Positions 13,358 to 26,163 of a stretch of DNA of 64,000 nt are shown one piece after another. Both the position numbers and the translations under genes were made by a program. The stretch lies in the NCBI RefSeq assembly GCF_006345805.1, contig NC_043000.1, forward strand, positions 133,920,001 through 133,984,000. The letters run 5' to 3'. Positions within the stretch are counted from its first letter, which is position 1, and every line of letters begins with the position of its first letter. This DNA comes from Octopus sinensis (taxonomy: Eukaryota). The notes under the pieces are model-generated. The model had not been told where the DNA came from, did no database searches, and worked only from the letters and a program-made list of their open reading frames with translations.

Positions 13358-13508
13358 CATACGACAGGCTTCTTTCAGTTTCCGTCTACTAAATCCACTC
13401 ACAAGGCTTTGGTCAGCCCAAGGCTATAGTAGAAGACACTTGCCCAAGATGCTACGCAGTGGGACTGAACCCAGAACCATGTGGTTGGTAAGCAAGCTAC
13501 TTACTTAC
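13075..13508 (-). mobile_element. SINE family B (tRNA head, CORE-like domain, internal TA/CA microsatellite)
   Basis: Reverse complement of 21908-22330 and 53968-54372. Confidence 0.85.
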
Positions 13509-13589
13509 TACACTTATTTTTTATTTCAATGAAGGCATAAGGCTTTAAATTTTGGAGCTAAGTATGGTCAATAAATCAACACAGTAGTT

Positions 13590-13953
13590 GTGAAGGTGCA
13601 TGGCTCAATGGTTAGAACATTAGGCTCACAATCATGAGGTAATGAGTTCAATTCCCACACCAAGCTGTGTTTTGTGTTCTTGAGCAAGACACTTTATTTT
13701 CACATTGCTCCAGTTCACTCAGCTGTAGAAATGAGTTGCAACATCACTGGTGCCAAGCTGTATCAGCCTTTCCCTTTCCCTTGGATAACATCGGTGGTCT
13801 GGAGAGGGGAAGCTGGTATGCATGGGTGACTGCTGGTCTTCCATAAACAACCTTGCCCGGACTTGTGTCTAGGACGGTAACTTTCTAGGTGCAATCCCAT
13901 AAACAACCTTGCCTGGACTTGTGCCTCAGAGGGGAACTTTCTAAGTGCAATCC
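13590..13953 (+). mobile_element. SINE family C interrupted by the Gypsy element; continues at 17206-17240
   Basis: Ends GTGCAATCC and resumes AATCCCATGGTCATTCATGACC after the element; internal 56-bp tandem duplication at 13841-13953. Confidence 0.8.
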
Positions 13954-14215
13954 AGTTGTGATGAGAGTTATGATGCCCCCTTGCAAGAGATAGACTGGTC
14001 CAAGTAGAGCATAAATAGTAATGATCCGAGTGGGTGCAGAGTTCAGAGTCAACTGGAGTTTGTGTTAGTTTGCAGTGAAGTTGGAAAGTGTTGGTTGGTT
14101 AGTTCACAAGGAATATTGATTTTTTGGTTCATAAAGAGGACTGTTAGTTCATTACATTGTTTTTACTGTTGTCTGATTATATTATTTACTGTTCATAGCA
14201 AATTACATTACAACA
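13954..14215 (+). repeat. 5' LTR
   Basis: AGTTGTGATGAGAG...CATTACAACA; aligns to 16947-17205. Confidence 0.9.
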
Positions 14216-14263
14216 TCTGGCAAAGAGAGTTTTGAATCTCATGTAGGTTATTTAACAATTTGT

Positions 14264-15459
14264 TTGTGCTACAATTTGTTAAATAATAGAAGACTTATTA
14301 GCTTCTATTGTACAGTTGCAAAAGCAACAACAAGAGCAGCAACAGGAGTTGCAGAAGCAACTATTACAGTAACAACTACAACAACAACAATTATTGGAGC
14401 TATATTCAAAGAAGTCCAAAAATTAGGTAAGTCTATTTTCACCAGACAGCATTACGAACTCAATTAATGAATTCAGTTATAACTCAGAGAAGGGTATAAC
14501 TTCTGCACCATACTACAGAAGGTACGAGGGGATTTTTAGACAAGATTGCAAATCATGGTCGGGTGAACAAAAAGTGAGACTGTTATTGTGGAAAGTAGCT
14601 CCGTTAGTGCATGAACGTTACTGTAATTTCATATTGCCCAAAAAACCCAATGAGATTTGTTTTAAAGAAACAATAGAATTACTTTTCGTTTTTGGATTTG
14701 GTTTGCATGATTCTTTATATGAGTTCGTGTGTTGAAGCATATTCTGTTGTGTCTGGGGAGAGTCATTCTCTTTTAGTACCTTATTATTTAACACACTCAC
14801 TGGTAAAATTTCCACTTATTTGCAAGTGGTTGCAAGATGCAACAAACATTTTAGGAAAATAAAAAGACGAAATAAGTGGAAATTTTACCGGTGAGTGTGT
14901 TAAATAATAAGGTACTAAAAGAGAATGACTCTCCTCAGACACAACAGAATAGAATTACTGTCTAACATACTCGGTGATAAAACTTCTCTATCTAATACTC
15001 GAATGGAGTGTTGGAATATAATGAAAAAAGAGAATGATACATACAGGAACAGTCAACAGGTTGTGTGAAAGTTTTAAACTCAAAGAACTTGCACCTGAGA
15101 TGTTCAGGTGTTTTATTTTCATACAAGGCCTTACAGTAAGTAAAGATACAGAAATCTGGGAAAGAATTCTTTCTAAATCGGAACAAGCAAACCAAGATCT
15201 AACTTTACAGTCTGTGGCAGAAGAATGCCAAATGATGATAAACCTGAAACACAATGTAGAAAAAATTCAAGGAAAGGATTCCTCAAAGATACAGATATGC
15301 CATCTGGAAAAGTACAATCAAAAAAGAGCGCCACATCCGAATCCATGTTATGGATGTGGAGCCATACATTTCAGAAAAGACTATCCATTTAAAAATCAAA
15401 AATGTAACAGTTGCAAAAGAATTGGTCACAAAAGTTTACCCTGCAGAACAAAATTATGA
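14264..15459 (+). pseudogene. Gypsy gag remnant with zinc-knuckle-like motifs
   Basis: PKKPNEICFKETIELL|SNILGDKTSL, CFIFIQGL, CYGCGAIHFRKDY, CNSCKRIGH; stops, frameshifts and an insertion at 14684-14947. Confidence 0.8.
14684..14947. mobile_element. Hairpin-shaped insertion, probably a Penelope-like terminal repeat fragment
   Basis: 81-bp inverted arms (14741-14821 / 14870-14950), flanked by AATAGAATTACT direct repeat; similar to the sequence at 59905-59975 beside a GIY-YIG fragment. Confidence 0.7.
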
Positions 15460-15483
15460 ACGTCAAATGTTAAAAATCCTAGA

Positions 15484-15798
15484 GTGCTCTTTGCAGAAAC
15501 AAAAATTTACTCCCAAATAAAAAAAATTGTACATGCAAAAATAAATGGAATACATATTAAACTTCAATTGGATACTGGAAGTGGTATTTCAATAATAAAT
15601 ATGGACAGATGGAAGAAAATAGGGAAACCTATGTTGAGAAAAACATCAAATTCTTCTTGTCGCTTGACGAGCAACAAATTACATTTCATAGGCGAAATGT
15701 GGACTAATGTCACATTTCAAGAGAAAACATGCAAGGCAAAAGTCATCACTGTTAAAAATGCAACCAATCTGGGACCTCCCCATAAATCTCTATTGTAA
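15484..15798 (+). pseudogene. Gypsy aspartic protease remnant
   Basis: KINGIHIKLQLDTGSGISIINMDRWKKIGKP contains the DTG catalytic motif. Confidence 0.88.
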
Positions 15799-15889
15799 AA
15801 ATGTAAATGGTTGTCTCTCTAAAAATAATTAATCTGAAGAGTTAAAGAGAAAATTTACTCTTGGAAAAAATAGGTCTATGAATGGAGAC

Positions 15890-16370
15890 TGAGAGCATAT
15901 GATCCAGGATACATATCAACTACACTGGGCCAGTGAATGGTGCATGCTATCTAATCATTGTGGATAGCTATACGAAGGGGCCAGAGGTGTGTAGATGTAA
16001 TAAACCCACAGCAAAGACAACAATAAAGTTCTTACTTGAGTTATTAGCATGATACGGTGTTCCAGACATGTTAGTTTCAGATAATGGAACAGAATTCATG
16101 AATTAAGAAATTTCCTCAAAATACAGGTCATAAAGCACATCTTTGTCTCGCCCTACCACCTGAGGTAAAATGGGCGAAAAGATTTGTTGGCACATTCAAA
16201 ATAGCTCTAAAAAGAGCTAGGAACAAGCTAGATAATGACAAGGCATTAATGAAACTTTTGAGAATATATAGAATAATACCAAAACCAAATACTAATTCAG
16301 GAAAGTCACAAACAGAGTTACTGTTTGTGTATGAAATAAAATTGATCTTCTATAAATTATTGCCAGGAAA
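15890..16370 (+). pseudogene. Gypsy integrase core remnant
   Basis: IHINYTGPVNGACYLIIVDSYTKGPEV, YGVPDMLVSDNGTEF, SPYHL...RFVGTFK; several stops. Confidence 0.85.
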
Positions 16371-16946
16371 AAATAATTATATAGAGGAAAGATAAAAAAT
16401 AAATTTGAAGGAAATACAAGAAATATTACAATATTACAATATTACAAAATATTTCGAAGTAGAAAATTACAAAAATGGTAAGGATGGTTAGGATGATGGC
16501 TGTATAATTAAAAGATTAGGTAATATGATGTATTTAATTAAAGGACAAATTTCAAAACAAGAGAAACCTTAACCAGTTAAAGATGAAACATACAAAAGAA
16601 CAAAAGGTAATACTAATGGAGGTCTTCTATGATATGTTTGAAGTGTCAGTACTGAGAGATATTGAACAGTGTAGAACTAGCTTCAGAAAACGAAAACAGA
16701 CTAAATATTTGGAAGTAATACCTAAATGAAAAAATATTAAATTTTCAAAAAAAAAAAAAACCAGTGCTAACAAGAGTGCTTAGTAAAAATGAAAAAAAAA
16801 TTACTGTGTGCATCAAACAATACTACCTTAAAAGTTGGGCAACAATTAAGATACAACAGCTAAAAAAAAAGGGAGAGATGCTGGAAAGAAAAAAACATAA
16901 AGAAAAGAAATTCCACTTTTTCACAGTGGCTAAAATCTCAAAAGGA

Positions 16947-17205
16947 AGATGTGATGAGAATTATGATGCCCCCTTGCAAGAGATAGACTGGCCTGAGTAA
17001 AGTATGAATAGTAACGATATGAGTGGGTCAGAGTTCGGAATCAAGTGAAGTTCATGTTAGTTCACAGTGAAGTCAGAAGGTGTTGGTTGGTTAGTTCACA
17101 AGGAATATTGGTTGTTGGTTCATAAAGAGAATTGTTAGTTTGCTACATTGTTTAACTGTTGTATGGTTATCTTATTTATTGTACACAACAAACTGCATTA
17201 CAACA
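16947..17205 (+). repeat. 3' LTR
   Basis: AGATGTGATGAGAA...CATTACAACA, followed by AATCC TSD. Confidence 0.9.
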
Positions 17206-18494
17206 AATCCCATGGTCATTCATGACCAAAGGGGGTCTTAAGTTGATGGATATTTTATCAGCCTTTGTAGAGCTAAAAGCAAAGTTGACTGTAAGTAAAG
17301 TCTGAACTCAAAATGCAAACATGCTCAAAATGGTGTGTGTTTCTGCCAATTCTTCCAACCAACCACCTTTAATGTTTGCACTGTTACATCACTAAATATC
17401 ACAAAAGACTGACCTTTGGATGCATATGTGTTATATTCCTAACAATGACGCATTTTAATTCCTTTTCCAACTCTTTGAACTATAAGTAAACTTTGTAGAG
17501 TAAACGACCTTCCTTTGACCATTATTAAACTTTTTGAGAGTAAAATCATTTGGTTCATAGTAGAATGTAAATAAAATATAGTAGGTGTCAACTGTCTCAA
17601 CTAAACAATTAACAGCATAAATCCTGAAATTAAAACATTCACTGACTAAGCTAATTAAGAGACACGTTCATTTAAAAGTACTCATCTACAACGTGATATG
17701 TTGTTTCCTGTGGACTAGGCACAAAGCCAATTTAGTCATGGAAAAAATTCTAATGGCAAAGAATTGAATCATTGCCATGTGTTACTAAGACTGAATGCAT
17801 CAAGCTGGCAGAATCATTAGCACACTGGGCAAACTGTTTCATGGCTTTTCATCCAGCTTTATGTCCTAAGTTCAAATTCCACAAAGGTTGACTTTGCCTC
17901 TCATTCTTGAGGGGTTGATAAAATAATTACTATTTGAACACTGGGGCTGATATAATCAGTTTAACAGGCTTTGCTCGAAAATGGAGCAGGTGAAGTGACA
18001 GAACTGGTTAACATAGCAGTCAAAATATCATGCAGTATTTAATATTGTGTGGAGGTGCGTGGTTTAGTGGTTAGGGTGTCAGCACCATGATCGTAAGATT
18101 GTGGTTTTGATTCCTGGACCGGGCGACACATTGTGTTCTTGAGCAAAACACTTCATTTCACATTGGTAATGTCACCCATAACAGAATAAGAAATCAAGAC
18201 ATGGAAAAATAAGGTGAATAATTCAGTCTTGTAATCTCACAAGAATAAAAAGCAAAATCAAACTCAATATATAATATATTATTGATACCACATAAAAAGC
18301 ACTGGTGCTGGTGACATGTAAAAAGCACTGGTGTCACATAAAAAACACTGGTGATGGTGCCATGCAAAAGACACTGGTGGGGGTGTCACATCTGGAGATG
18401 GTATCACATAAAAAGCACCGGTGATGGTACCGCATAAAAAGCACCCAGTACACTGTGTAAAATGGTTGGCATTAGGAGAGGCATAGTGCCATAG

Positions 18495-19629
18495 AAACCA
18501 AGCTTTAATAGACTATGGAATGTGGTGCCAGTTTCTGTCAAGCTGTCCAACCCATGCCAGCATGGAAAATAGACATTAAATGATGATGATAATGATTATA
18601 TATATTACATATTAACATAAAATAATATAAATATATTATTATTAGTTATTTTATTTTTTTGACTTCAAGTGAAAGAATGGTAACAATAACCAAAACAGAA
18701 TAAGAAATCAAGACGTGGAAAAATAAAATTGAATAATGCGAATAATTTAGCCTGGTATTCCACTGACTTGCCAGTCAATAATACTTTTCTGCATTGTGAG
18801 GTCATGGCTCCTGTACTACTAATGTACGATTAGAATATTACAGGAAAGAATTGTAAAATGATTCTTCACACCACACTGACTGGTAGGAGTAGACTAAGAA
18901 TGAGATCACGCTTGGGAATCTAGCCAGAAAGTGTAATGACTGTTGCTTCTGATAGGACACTATGGAAGAGGTACCAGAGGATTCTACCACCATGCTTCCC
19001 CAAGAAACAGTGGAGGGAGAAGATGAATAATAATAAGAAGATGGATAATAATCCATAATAATAATAAGATGGATAATAATCCATCTTCTTATTATTATTC
19101 ATCTTCTCCCTCCACTGTTTCTTGGGGAAGCATGGTGGTAGAATCCTCTGGTACCTCTTCCATAGTGTCCTATCAGAAGCAACAGTCATTACACTTTCTG
19201 GCTAGATTCCCAAGCGTGATCTCATTCTTAGTCTACTCCTACCAGTCAGTGTGGTGTGAAGAATCATTTTACAATTCTTTCCTGTAATATTCTAATCGTA
19301 CATTAGTAGTACAGGAGCCATGACCTCACAATGCAGAAAAGTATTATTGACTGGCAAGTCAGTGGAATACCAGGCTAAATTATTCGCATTATTCAATTTT
19401 ATTTTTCCACGTCTTGATTTCTTATTCTGTTTTGGTTATTGTTACCATTCTTTCACTTGAAGTCAAAAAATAAAATAACTAATAATAATATATTTATATT
19501 ATTTTATGTTAATATGTAATATATATAATCATTATCATCATCATTTAATGTCTATTTTCCATGCTGGCATGGGTTGGACAGCTTGACAGAAACTGGCACC
19601 ACATTCCATAGTCTATTAAAGCTTGGTTT
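18495..19629. repeat. Near-perfect long inverted duplication (552/551-bp arms, 32-bp spacer)
   Basis: 18495-19046 is the reverse complement of 19079-19629; only a T7/A6 length difference noticed; the ORF track shows mirrored peptides. Confidence 0.96.
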
Positions 19630-19654
19630 AATAATAAGAGGGATAATAATAATA

Positions 19655-20172
19655 GACACTTTGCTACAAGTATGGACTTGAAGAGCAAAAAATTGGTACA
19701 ACCACAAACCTGAAGGCATCGTTGAAAATGGAAATGCAAAGATCCTATGAGATTTTATGATTCAGTGCGGCCATGTGATAGAGAATAGGAAGCTGGACAT
19801 AGTCTTAATTGAGAAAGAAAACAAACTATGCTGGATCATAGATATAGCATGCCCAGCTGACAACAAAGTATGTGATAAAGAAGAAAGAAAAGTCGAGAGA
19901 TATGACAGGTTAGCTTGGGAAGTAAAGCAGTTGTGGTTGATGAAAAAGGTAGCAGTAGTACCAATAATTGTCGGAGCCCTGGGAACAGTGAGCAAAAATC
20001 TCGAGAAGTACGTGGAACAAATAGGGGCTGCAATAAGGGTGGAGCACTTGCAGAAAACAGCACTGCTTGGAACCGCTCGAAAAATAAGAGGTGTTACCTT
20101 AGTTCACTGGTAGTACATCTCCAGTGTTAGAAGCTGTGCAAAGACAATAATAATAATAATAATAATAATAAT
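19655..20172 (+). mobile_element. R4/Dong-type non-LTR retrotransposon 3' fragment (restriction-like endonuclease)
   Basis: WYNHKPEGIVEN...IQCGHVIENRKLDIVLIEKENKLCWIIDIACPAD...KVERY...VPIIVGALG...LQKTALLGTARKIR; (TAA)n at both ends. Confidence 0.88.
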
Positions 20173-20764
20173 TTTTCTACCATAGGCACAAGGCCTGAAA
20201 GTCTTGGGAAAGGGGATAATTGATTACATTGATCCCAGTACTCAACTGATACTTAATTTATCGACCGACCTCCCCACCCAAAAGGATGAAAGGCAAAGTC
20301 AACCATGACAGAATTTGAACTCAGAACATGTAATAATTGTTTCAGTTTTTAGTACAAGACTAATACTTTTTGAGAGGAAAGGTAAGTTAATTACATTTAC
20401 CCCAGTATTTGACTGGTACTTATTTTATCACCTCATGTGGCATCAGTACCAGTGCTGCTTATGTTTCACCAATACCAATGCTTGGCTTTTAGGATATCAA
20501 TTTTGTTGTGGTGGGCTGGTGTTTTTGAGTATCTCGGTCCTTTGTCATTTCCTTCATAAGGCTCAGCATTTTGAGATTGGCCTCCAATACTTCATCCCAT
20601 TTCTTCCTGGGTCTTCCTCTTCCACGACTTTCCTCCACTTTAAGTGACGTGTGTGTGTCTGTGTGTGTTTGTCTCTTTGTCTTGACATTGCACAACGGTT
20701 AATAGTTATAAATGAGTGTCACTGTCCTACAAGCAGTGTCAGTCATTTTCAATCATCATCAATC

Positions 20765-21065
20765 ATCGTCATCATCATTTAACGTCCGCTTTCCATGCTG
20801 GCATGGGTTGGACGATCTTGGCTGAGGGCTGGCGAACCAGATGGCTGCACCAGGCTCCAATCTTGATCTGGCAGAGTTTCTACAGCTGGATGCCCTCCCT
20901 AATGCCAACCCCTCTAAGAGTGTAGTGGGTGCTTTTTACGTGCCACCGGCACAGGGGCCAGTCAGGCGGTACTGGCAATGACCTCGCTCAAATCCTTTTA
21001 TTCATGTCACCGGTACAGGTGCCAGTGAGGCGACACTGGTAACGATCACGCTTGAATGGTTCCCT
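20765..21065 (-). mobile_element. RTE LINE 3' UTR fragment
   Basis: Same 3' terminus and subrepeats as 45760-46208, reverse strand. Confidence 0.85.
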
Positions 21066-21907
21066 TTTACATGCCATGAAAACATGACCATGAGAAAATG
21101 TTACATTTCTTGGAAACAGGCGAAGGCTGGTGACAGGAAGAGCATCTGGCAGCAGAAAATTTGCTACAATAAACTCCATCCAACCCATACAAGCATGGAA
21201 AAGTGGACATTAAAACGATAATGGTGCTATTGATGATGACTGCATGCAAACAAAACTGTGATATCTGGCATTTATGCAAAATTATTGTCATTTGAATAAT
21301 TCAATATATATGTAAAAAATAATAATTTACTTTTCTTACATCAAGCATACTCCCTACTCTTAGATAATGTAAAAAAAAAGAGTCTAAATCTATAATTTTA
21401 TCATTATAGGACTAAGCATTAGGTTCTTGAAGATCGGGTGTGGCTCTATTTATTTCAATTGATCATGCTTCAATGATAAATTTCATAAAACAATAAATCA
21501 ATGGAGTATGACAGAAAACTCAGTCTTATATTTTACCATGTTTAGAACAAGTCAGCTTTGTTAAAGTCATATGAAAATGATAGGCTCACAAAACACCTGT
21601 TAACTATACAACACTAACACCTTTTACTATGATAAACTGCTACAGCTAAAATTACTGGATGTTCGATATTGAATGGATCTTTGTGGAAAATTCTGTTTAG
21701 TATCTGTGAATACTAAGAGAGCAAAATGGCAGAGGTGTTCAATGTTTAATGTGAATATTTTGTGCTTTTTATTCCAATACCTTGTGCTCTGTGTTCAAAT
21801 CCTGCCAAAGTCAATTTGCGTTTCATCCTTACAAGGCAGTGAGCTGGCAGAAACGTTAGCGAACCGAGTGAAATGCTCAACTGTATTTCGTCTGTCTTTA
21901 CGTTATA

Positions 21908-22071
21908 GACACAGGAGTGGCTGTGTGGTTAGTAGCTTGCTTACCAACCACATGGTTCCGGGTTCATTCCCACTGTGTGGCACCTTGGGCAAGTGTCTTC
22001 TACTATAGCCTCGGGCCGACCAAAGTGGTTTTGGTAGATGGAAACTGAAAGAAGCCTGTTGTGTATATGTA

Positions 22072-22110
<39 letters not shown>

Positions 22111-22330
22111 ATGTTTGTGTGTCTGTGTTTGTCCCCCCAACATCACTTGACAACCGATGCTGGTGTGTTTACGTCCCGTAACTTGGCAGTTCGGCAAAAA
22201 AGATTGATAGAATAAGTACTAGGCTTACAAAAAATAAGTCCTGGGGTTGATTTGCTCGACTAAAGGCGGTGCTCCAGCATGGCTGCAATCAAATGACTGA
22301 AACAAGTAAAAGAGTAAAAGAGTAAAAGAG
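21908..22330 (+). mobile_element. SINE family B, near full length
   Basis: CAGGAGTGGCTGTGTGGT (A box), GGTTCATTCCC (B box), GCACCTTGGGCAAGTGTCTT (CORE-like), (GTAAAAGA)n tail. Confidence 0.85.
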
Positions 22331-22886
22331 AAGATTGATAAACAAAGTACCAGTCAAGGCTGTGGATTAGTGGAATTGTTAGAGCAATGAAGAAGATAAC
22401 TTGCAGCATTTATTCTATGTTCAAATCTTGCCTTATTCCCCTGGAGGATGTGACACCTTTCTCAGGAGTTGACAACCTAAGAAAGTGAAAACTCCAAAAT
22501 GAAATACACCTCCATCAGGCTAGCAACTCATGACATGTATTGGCAAATATAATCGATATATGCAATGGCAATCAAACAGAATAAATGGATCCAAATTTTG
22601 GCACAAGGCCAGCAATTTCAGAAGAGGGGTAAATAAATCGCACTGACCCCAGAGTTCAGCTGGCACTTTATTTTTTCAGTCCCAACAGGATGAAAGGCAA
22701 AGTTGACTTCAGAAGAACTAGAACTCCAAACATAAAGAACTGGAAGCGTTTTGTCCACCGTGGTAATGATCTTGCAGTTCGCCACCTTAATCGACTAAGA
22801 TAAATGAAGAATACTGTCATGTGTGATGTGCAGTCTGCAAGTCTGTGGAGAAGTGATTTAAAAAAGAAAACAAAAAGAAAAAGAAA

Positions 22887-23285
22887 CAGGAGTGGCTGTG
22901 TGGTAAGTAGCTTGTTTACCAACCACATGGTTCCGGGTTCAGTCCCACTGTGTGGCACCTTGGGCAAGTGTCTTCTACTGTAGCCCAAGGCCGACCAAAG
23001 CCTTGTGAGTGGATTTGGTAGACGGAAACGGAAAGGAACCCGTTGTACATATGTATATATATGTATGTGTGCGTGTATGTTTGTGTGTCTGTGTTTGTCC
23101 CATCCAACATCGCTTGACAACTGATGCTGGTGTGTTTATGTCCCCGTCACTTAGCGGTTCAGCAAAAGAGACCAATAGAATAAGTACTGGGCTTACAAAG
23201 AATAAGTCCCAGGGTTGAGTTGCTCGATTAAAGGCCGTGCTCCAGCATGGCCATAGTCAAATAACTGAAATAAGTTAAAGAGTTT
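22887..23285 (+). mobile_element. SINE family B
   Basis: Aligns to 21908-22330. Confidence 0.85.
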
Positions 23286-24719
23286 AATGAGAAGATTTGA
23301 ACTGCTATCCTTCTGATTAGTAGCCTACTACTTCATTGATTTGATCGAGTACAGCTTATAATGTCAGATTGTCAACTATTTTATAGACTCAGATCTGAAA
23401 GGTCAAATTAACCTACAAGAATTGAACTCAGGTACAGAACTATTAAGTATTAAAGTATTTAGTCTAACTATGTATATACATTGTGGCATTTCCACTTCTT
23501 GGTTATGTTTGAAATTGTTTATATCCCTGAGTCAAACACTCATTTAAATCTCACTTTTATTTTTCCTATTTCACTAACACAATAGCTGTGTGGTTTTGGT
23601 GTTGACTATTGACTTTGGTGGATTAGTAGCAAAAGTGATATATTATACTGTAGACATTAAAACTCAACACAGTCCTCTGACTCACTGGGCCCAGGCAAAC
23701 CACCCAATCTATGCAAGCATAAAAGTTGAATGGTGGTGGTGGTGGTGGTGGTGGTGGTGGTGGTTGGTGCAGAGGCATAGCCATGTTCTAAAGTCATGGG
23801 GGAGTGAGCACATGAAAAAAAAAGGTGCTGTGACACATATCAAATAATTTTTAACTCATTTCTCTTATATTATGTGAAATATTTCATTAGTTATAATGTA
23901 CATAATTGTAGTCTACAATCATTAAGTTTGTGTTTCAGTAACAATGTCATTATGTATGAAACTTATAACAACTGATATAGGTAACTAAACTGTTAAAACG
24001 AATTATTGAAAAGACACCAATATTAGAAAATGTGCTCAGGAGGAGCAGTTTCTCCCTTTGCTCCCCTTTTGGCTTCACGACTGAGTGATGGTGGTGGTGG
24101 TTTTGGTGATATATGATATTTACTACGTGAACTATGATGAAAAAAATATAAGATATGATATATAATTTTTTTTTTTTGTGTAGGGGTTCTTTGCGATATG
24201 TAATTTATTTTAAGGGTTACACAAAGGTAAAAAGGTTGAGAAACACTGCCTTAACCCCACAAGACCTAGCTTAAAGCCATCTCCTTCACCAATATCTGTG
24301 GGGTTCTTAGCCTCTTACAAGTTACATGGGAAACCTCACTGGTGCTAGTGCCATGACAAAGAAAATGTCTTATAACTTCTGCTAAAGTAGTTGGAATTAA
24401 GAAGAGTATACATCTTTAGAAATCATGCTAAAGTATAGACTGGAGCAGGATACTGTCCTCTGACTCATTGGGTCCTCTTGAACTGTCCAACCTAGAAACA
24501 AAGAGGCCACCCAACTGATTACCAGCATTTCCCTTACCAACATACTTTAAGCATGATTCATGCTTAATGTGCTCTGTTCTTCTTACATCTCTTCTTAAAC
24601 CATTACAATTGTTTCGACACATGCTACTTGTGTGCAATCCAAAATGAAACCCACTTGATGCCCTGACATCTTCAATTGTCGTGTTCTTTAATGAGTGTCA
24701 TATTTGTATTCCATATCTG

Positions 24720-25036
24720 TGCCGGTGACATGTAAAAAGCACCATCCGTACGTGGTCGATGCCAGCGCCACCTTGACTGGCTTCCGTGCCGGTGGCACGT
24801 AAAAAGCACCAACTGATCGTGGCCATTGCCAGCCTCCCCTGGCCCCTGTGCCAGTGACATGTAAAAAGCATCCACTACACTCACGGAGTGGTTGGCGTTA
24901 GGAAGGGCATCAAGCTGTAGAAACACTGTCAGATCAGACGGGAGCCTGGTTCAGCCTCCTGGCTTCCCAGACCCCCGTCGAACCGTCCAACCCATGCTAG
25001 CATGGAAAATGGACGTTAAACGATGATGATGATGAT
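24720..25036 (+). mobile_element. RTE LINE 3' UTR fragment
   Basis: Subrepeats plus CCATGCTAGCATGG and (GAT)n tail. Confidence 0.85.
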
Positions 25037-25248
25037 ATCATATACTCTCTGCAGTTCTCTTCCACAGAAATGACAACCTTGTGTAGCACCCCATTGCACT
25101 CTGTAACTAAAGATCATATCTACTCTGTTAGCCATCATCAATAAATATGGAGACAGCAATAGCTAAGTTATAAGTATAAGGATTTATCTATATATTATCA
25201 TTATTATGATAATATATAGATAAATCCTTATACTTATAACTTATTATA

Positions 25249-25555
25249 GTGGAGGCGCAATGGCCCAGTGGTTAGGGCAGCAGACTCGCAGTCGTAGGAT
25301 CATGGTTTCGATTCCCAGGCGGGGGCATTGTGAGTGTTTATTGAGCGAAACACTTAAAACTCCATGAGGCTCCGACAGGAGGTGGTCGTGATCCCTGCTG
25401 TACTCTTTCGTCGCAACGTTCTCTCACTCTTTCTTCTGTTGGCCTGCTCGCTTACCCAAGGGGGTGGCATCATTTGAAGGCTAAAACAATGCGAAACGCA
25501 TTGTGACCAGTGATATGTAGCAACATCTGATAGCCTGGTCGGTCATGTGATCATG
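25249..25555 (+). mobile_element. tRNA-derived SINE (variant body)
   Basis: GGAGGCGCAATGGCCCAGTGGTTAGGGCAG...GGTTTCGATTCCCAG A/B boxes followed by non-tRNA body. Confidence 0.7.
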
Positions 25556-25904
25556 TGTTTATCATTATTATAACATCCACTTTTCCATGCTTGCATGAAT
25601 CAGGCAGAATTTGTTGTGGCAGATTTTCTACAGCTAGATACCCTTCCTGTCACCAACCCTCACCTACTTCTAAGTAAAGTAATATTTCTCAATGTTTTCG
25701 TGAGAGACTGGCAACAGAAGATATTGTTAAAATGACAGTGATACTCATTTACTATTGTGTGATGTCAAGACAAGGACACCCCCCCACACACACACACAAT
25801 GGGTTTCTTTCTGTTTCTGTCTACAAAATCTGCTCACAAGGCTTTAGTTTAATAGAAGGCACTTGCCCAAGGTGCTGTGAAACCACATGATTGGGAAGTC
25901 AAAC

Positions 25905-26124
25905 TCTTTACCCTTTTACTCTTTTACTTGTTTCAGTCATTTGACTGTGGCCATGCTGGAGCACCATCTTTAGTCAAGCAAATCGACCCCAGGACTTATT
26001 CTTTGTAAGCCTAGTACTTATTCTATCGGTTCTTTTGCCGAACTGCTAAGTCACGGGGACGTAAACACACCACCATCAGTTGTCAAGAGATGTTGGGGGG
26101 ACAAACACAGACACACAAACATAT

Positions 26125-26163
<39 letters not shown>

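Larger units (their letters stand above)
13954..17205 (+). mobile_element. Gypsy/Ty3 LTR retrotransposon, internally deleted (no RT or RNase H visible)
   Basis: Two LTRs of about 260 bp, AATCC TSD (13949-13953 and 17206-17210), PBS-like TCTGGCAAAGAG after the 5' LTR, purine tract before the 3' LTR, gag-protease-integrase remnants. Confidence 0.92.

Noticed and set aside
18838-19287. Near-identical 72-aa ORFs on opposite strands
   Set aside because: Consequence of the palindrome; no coding evidence
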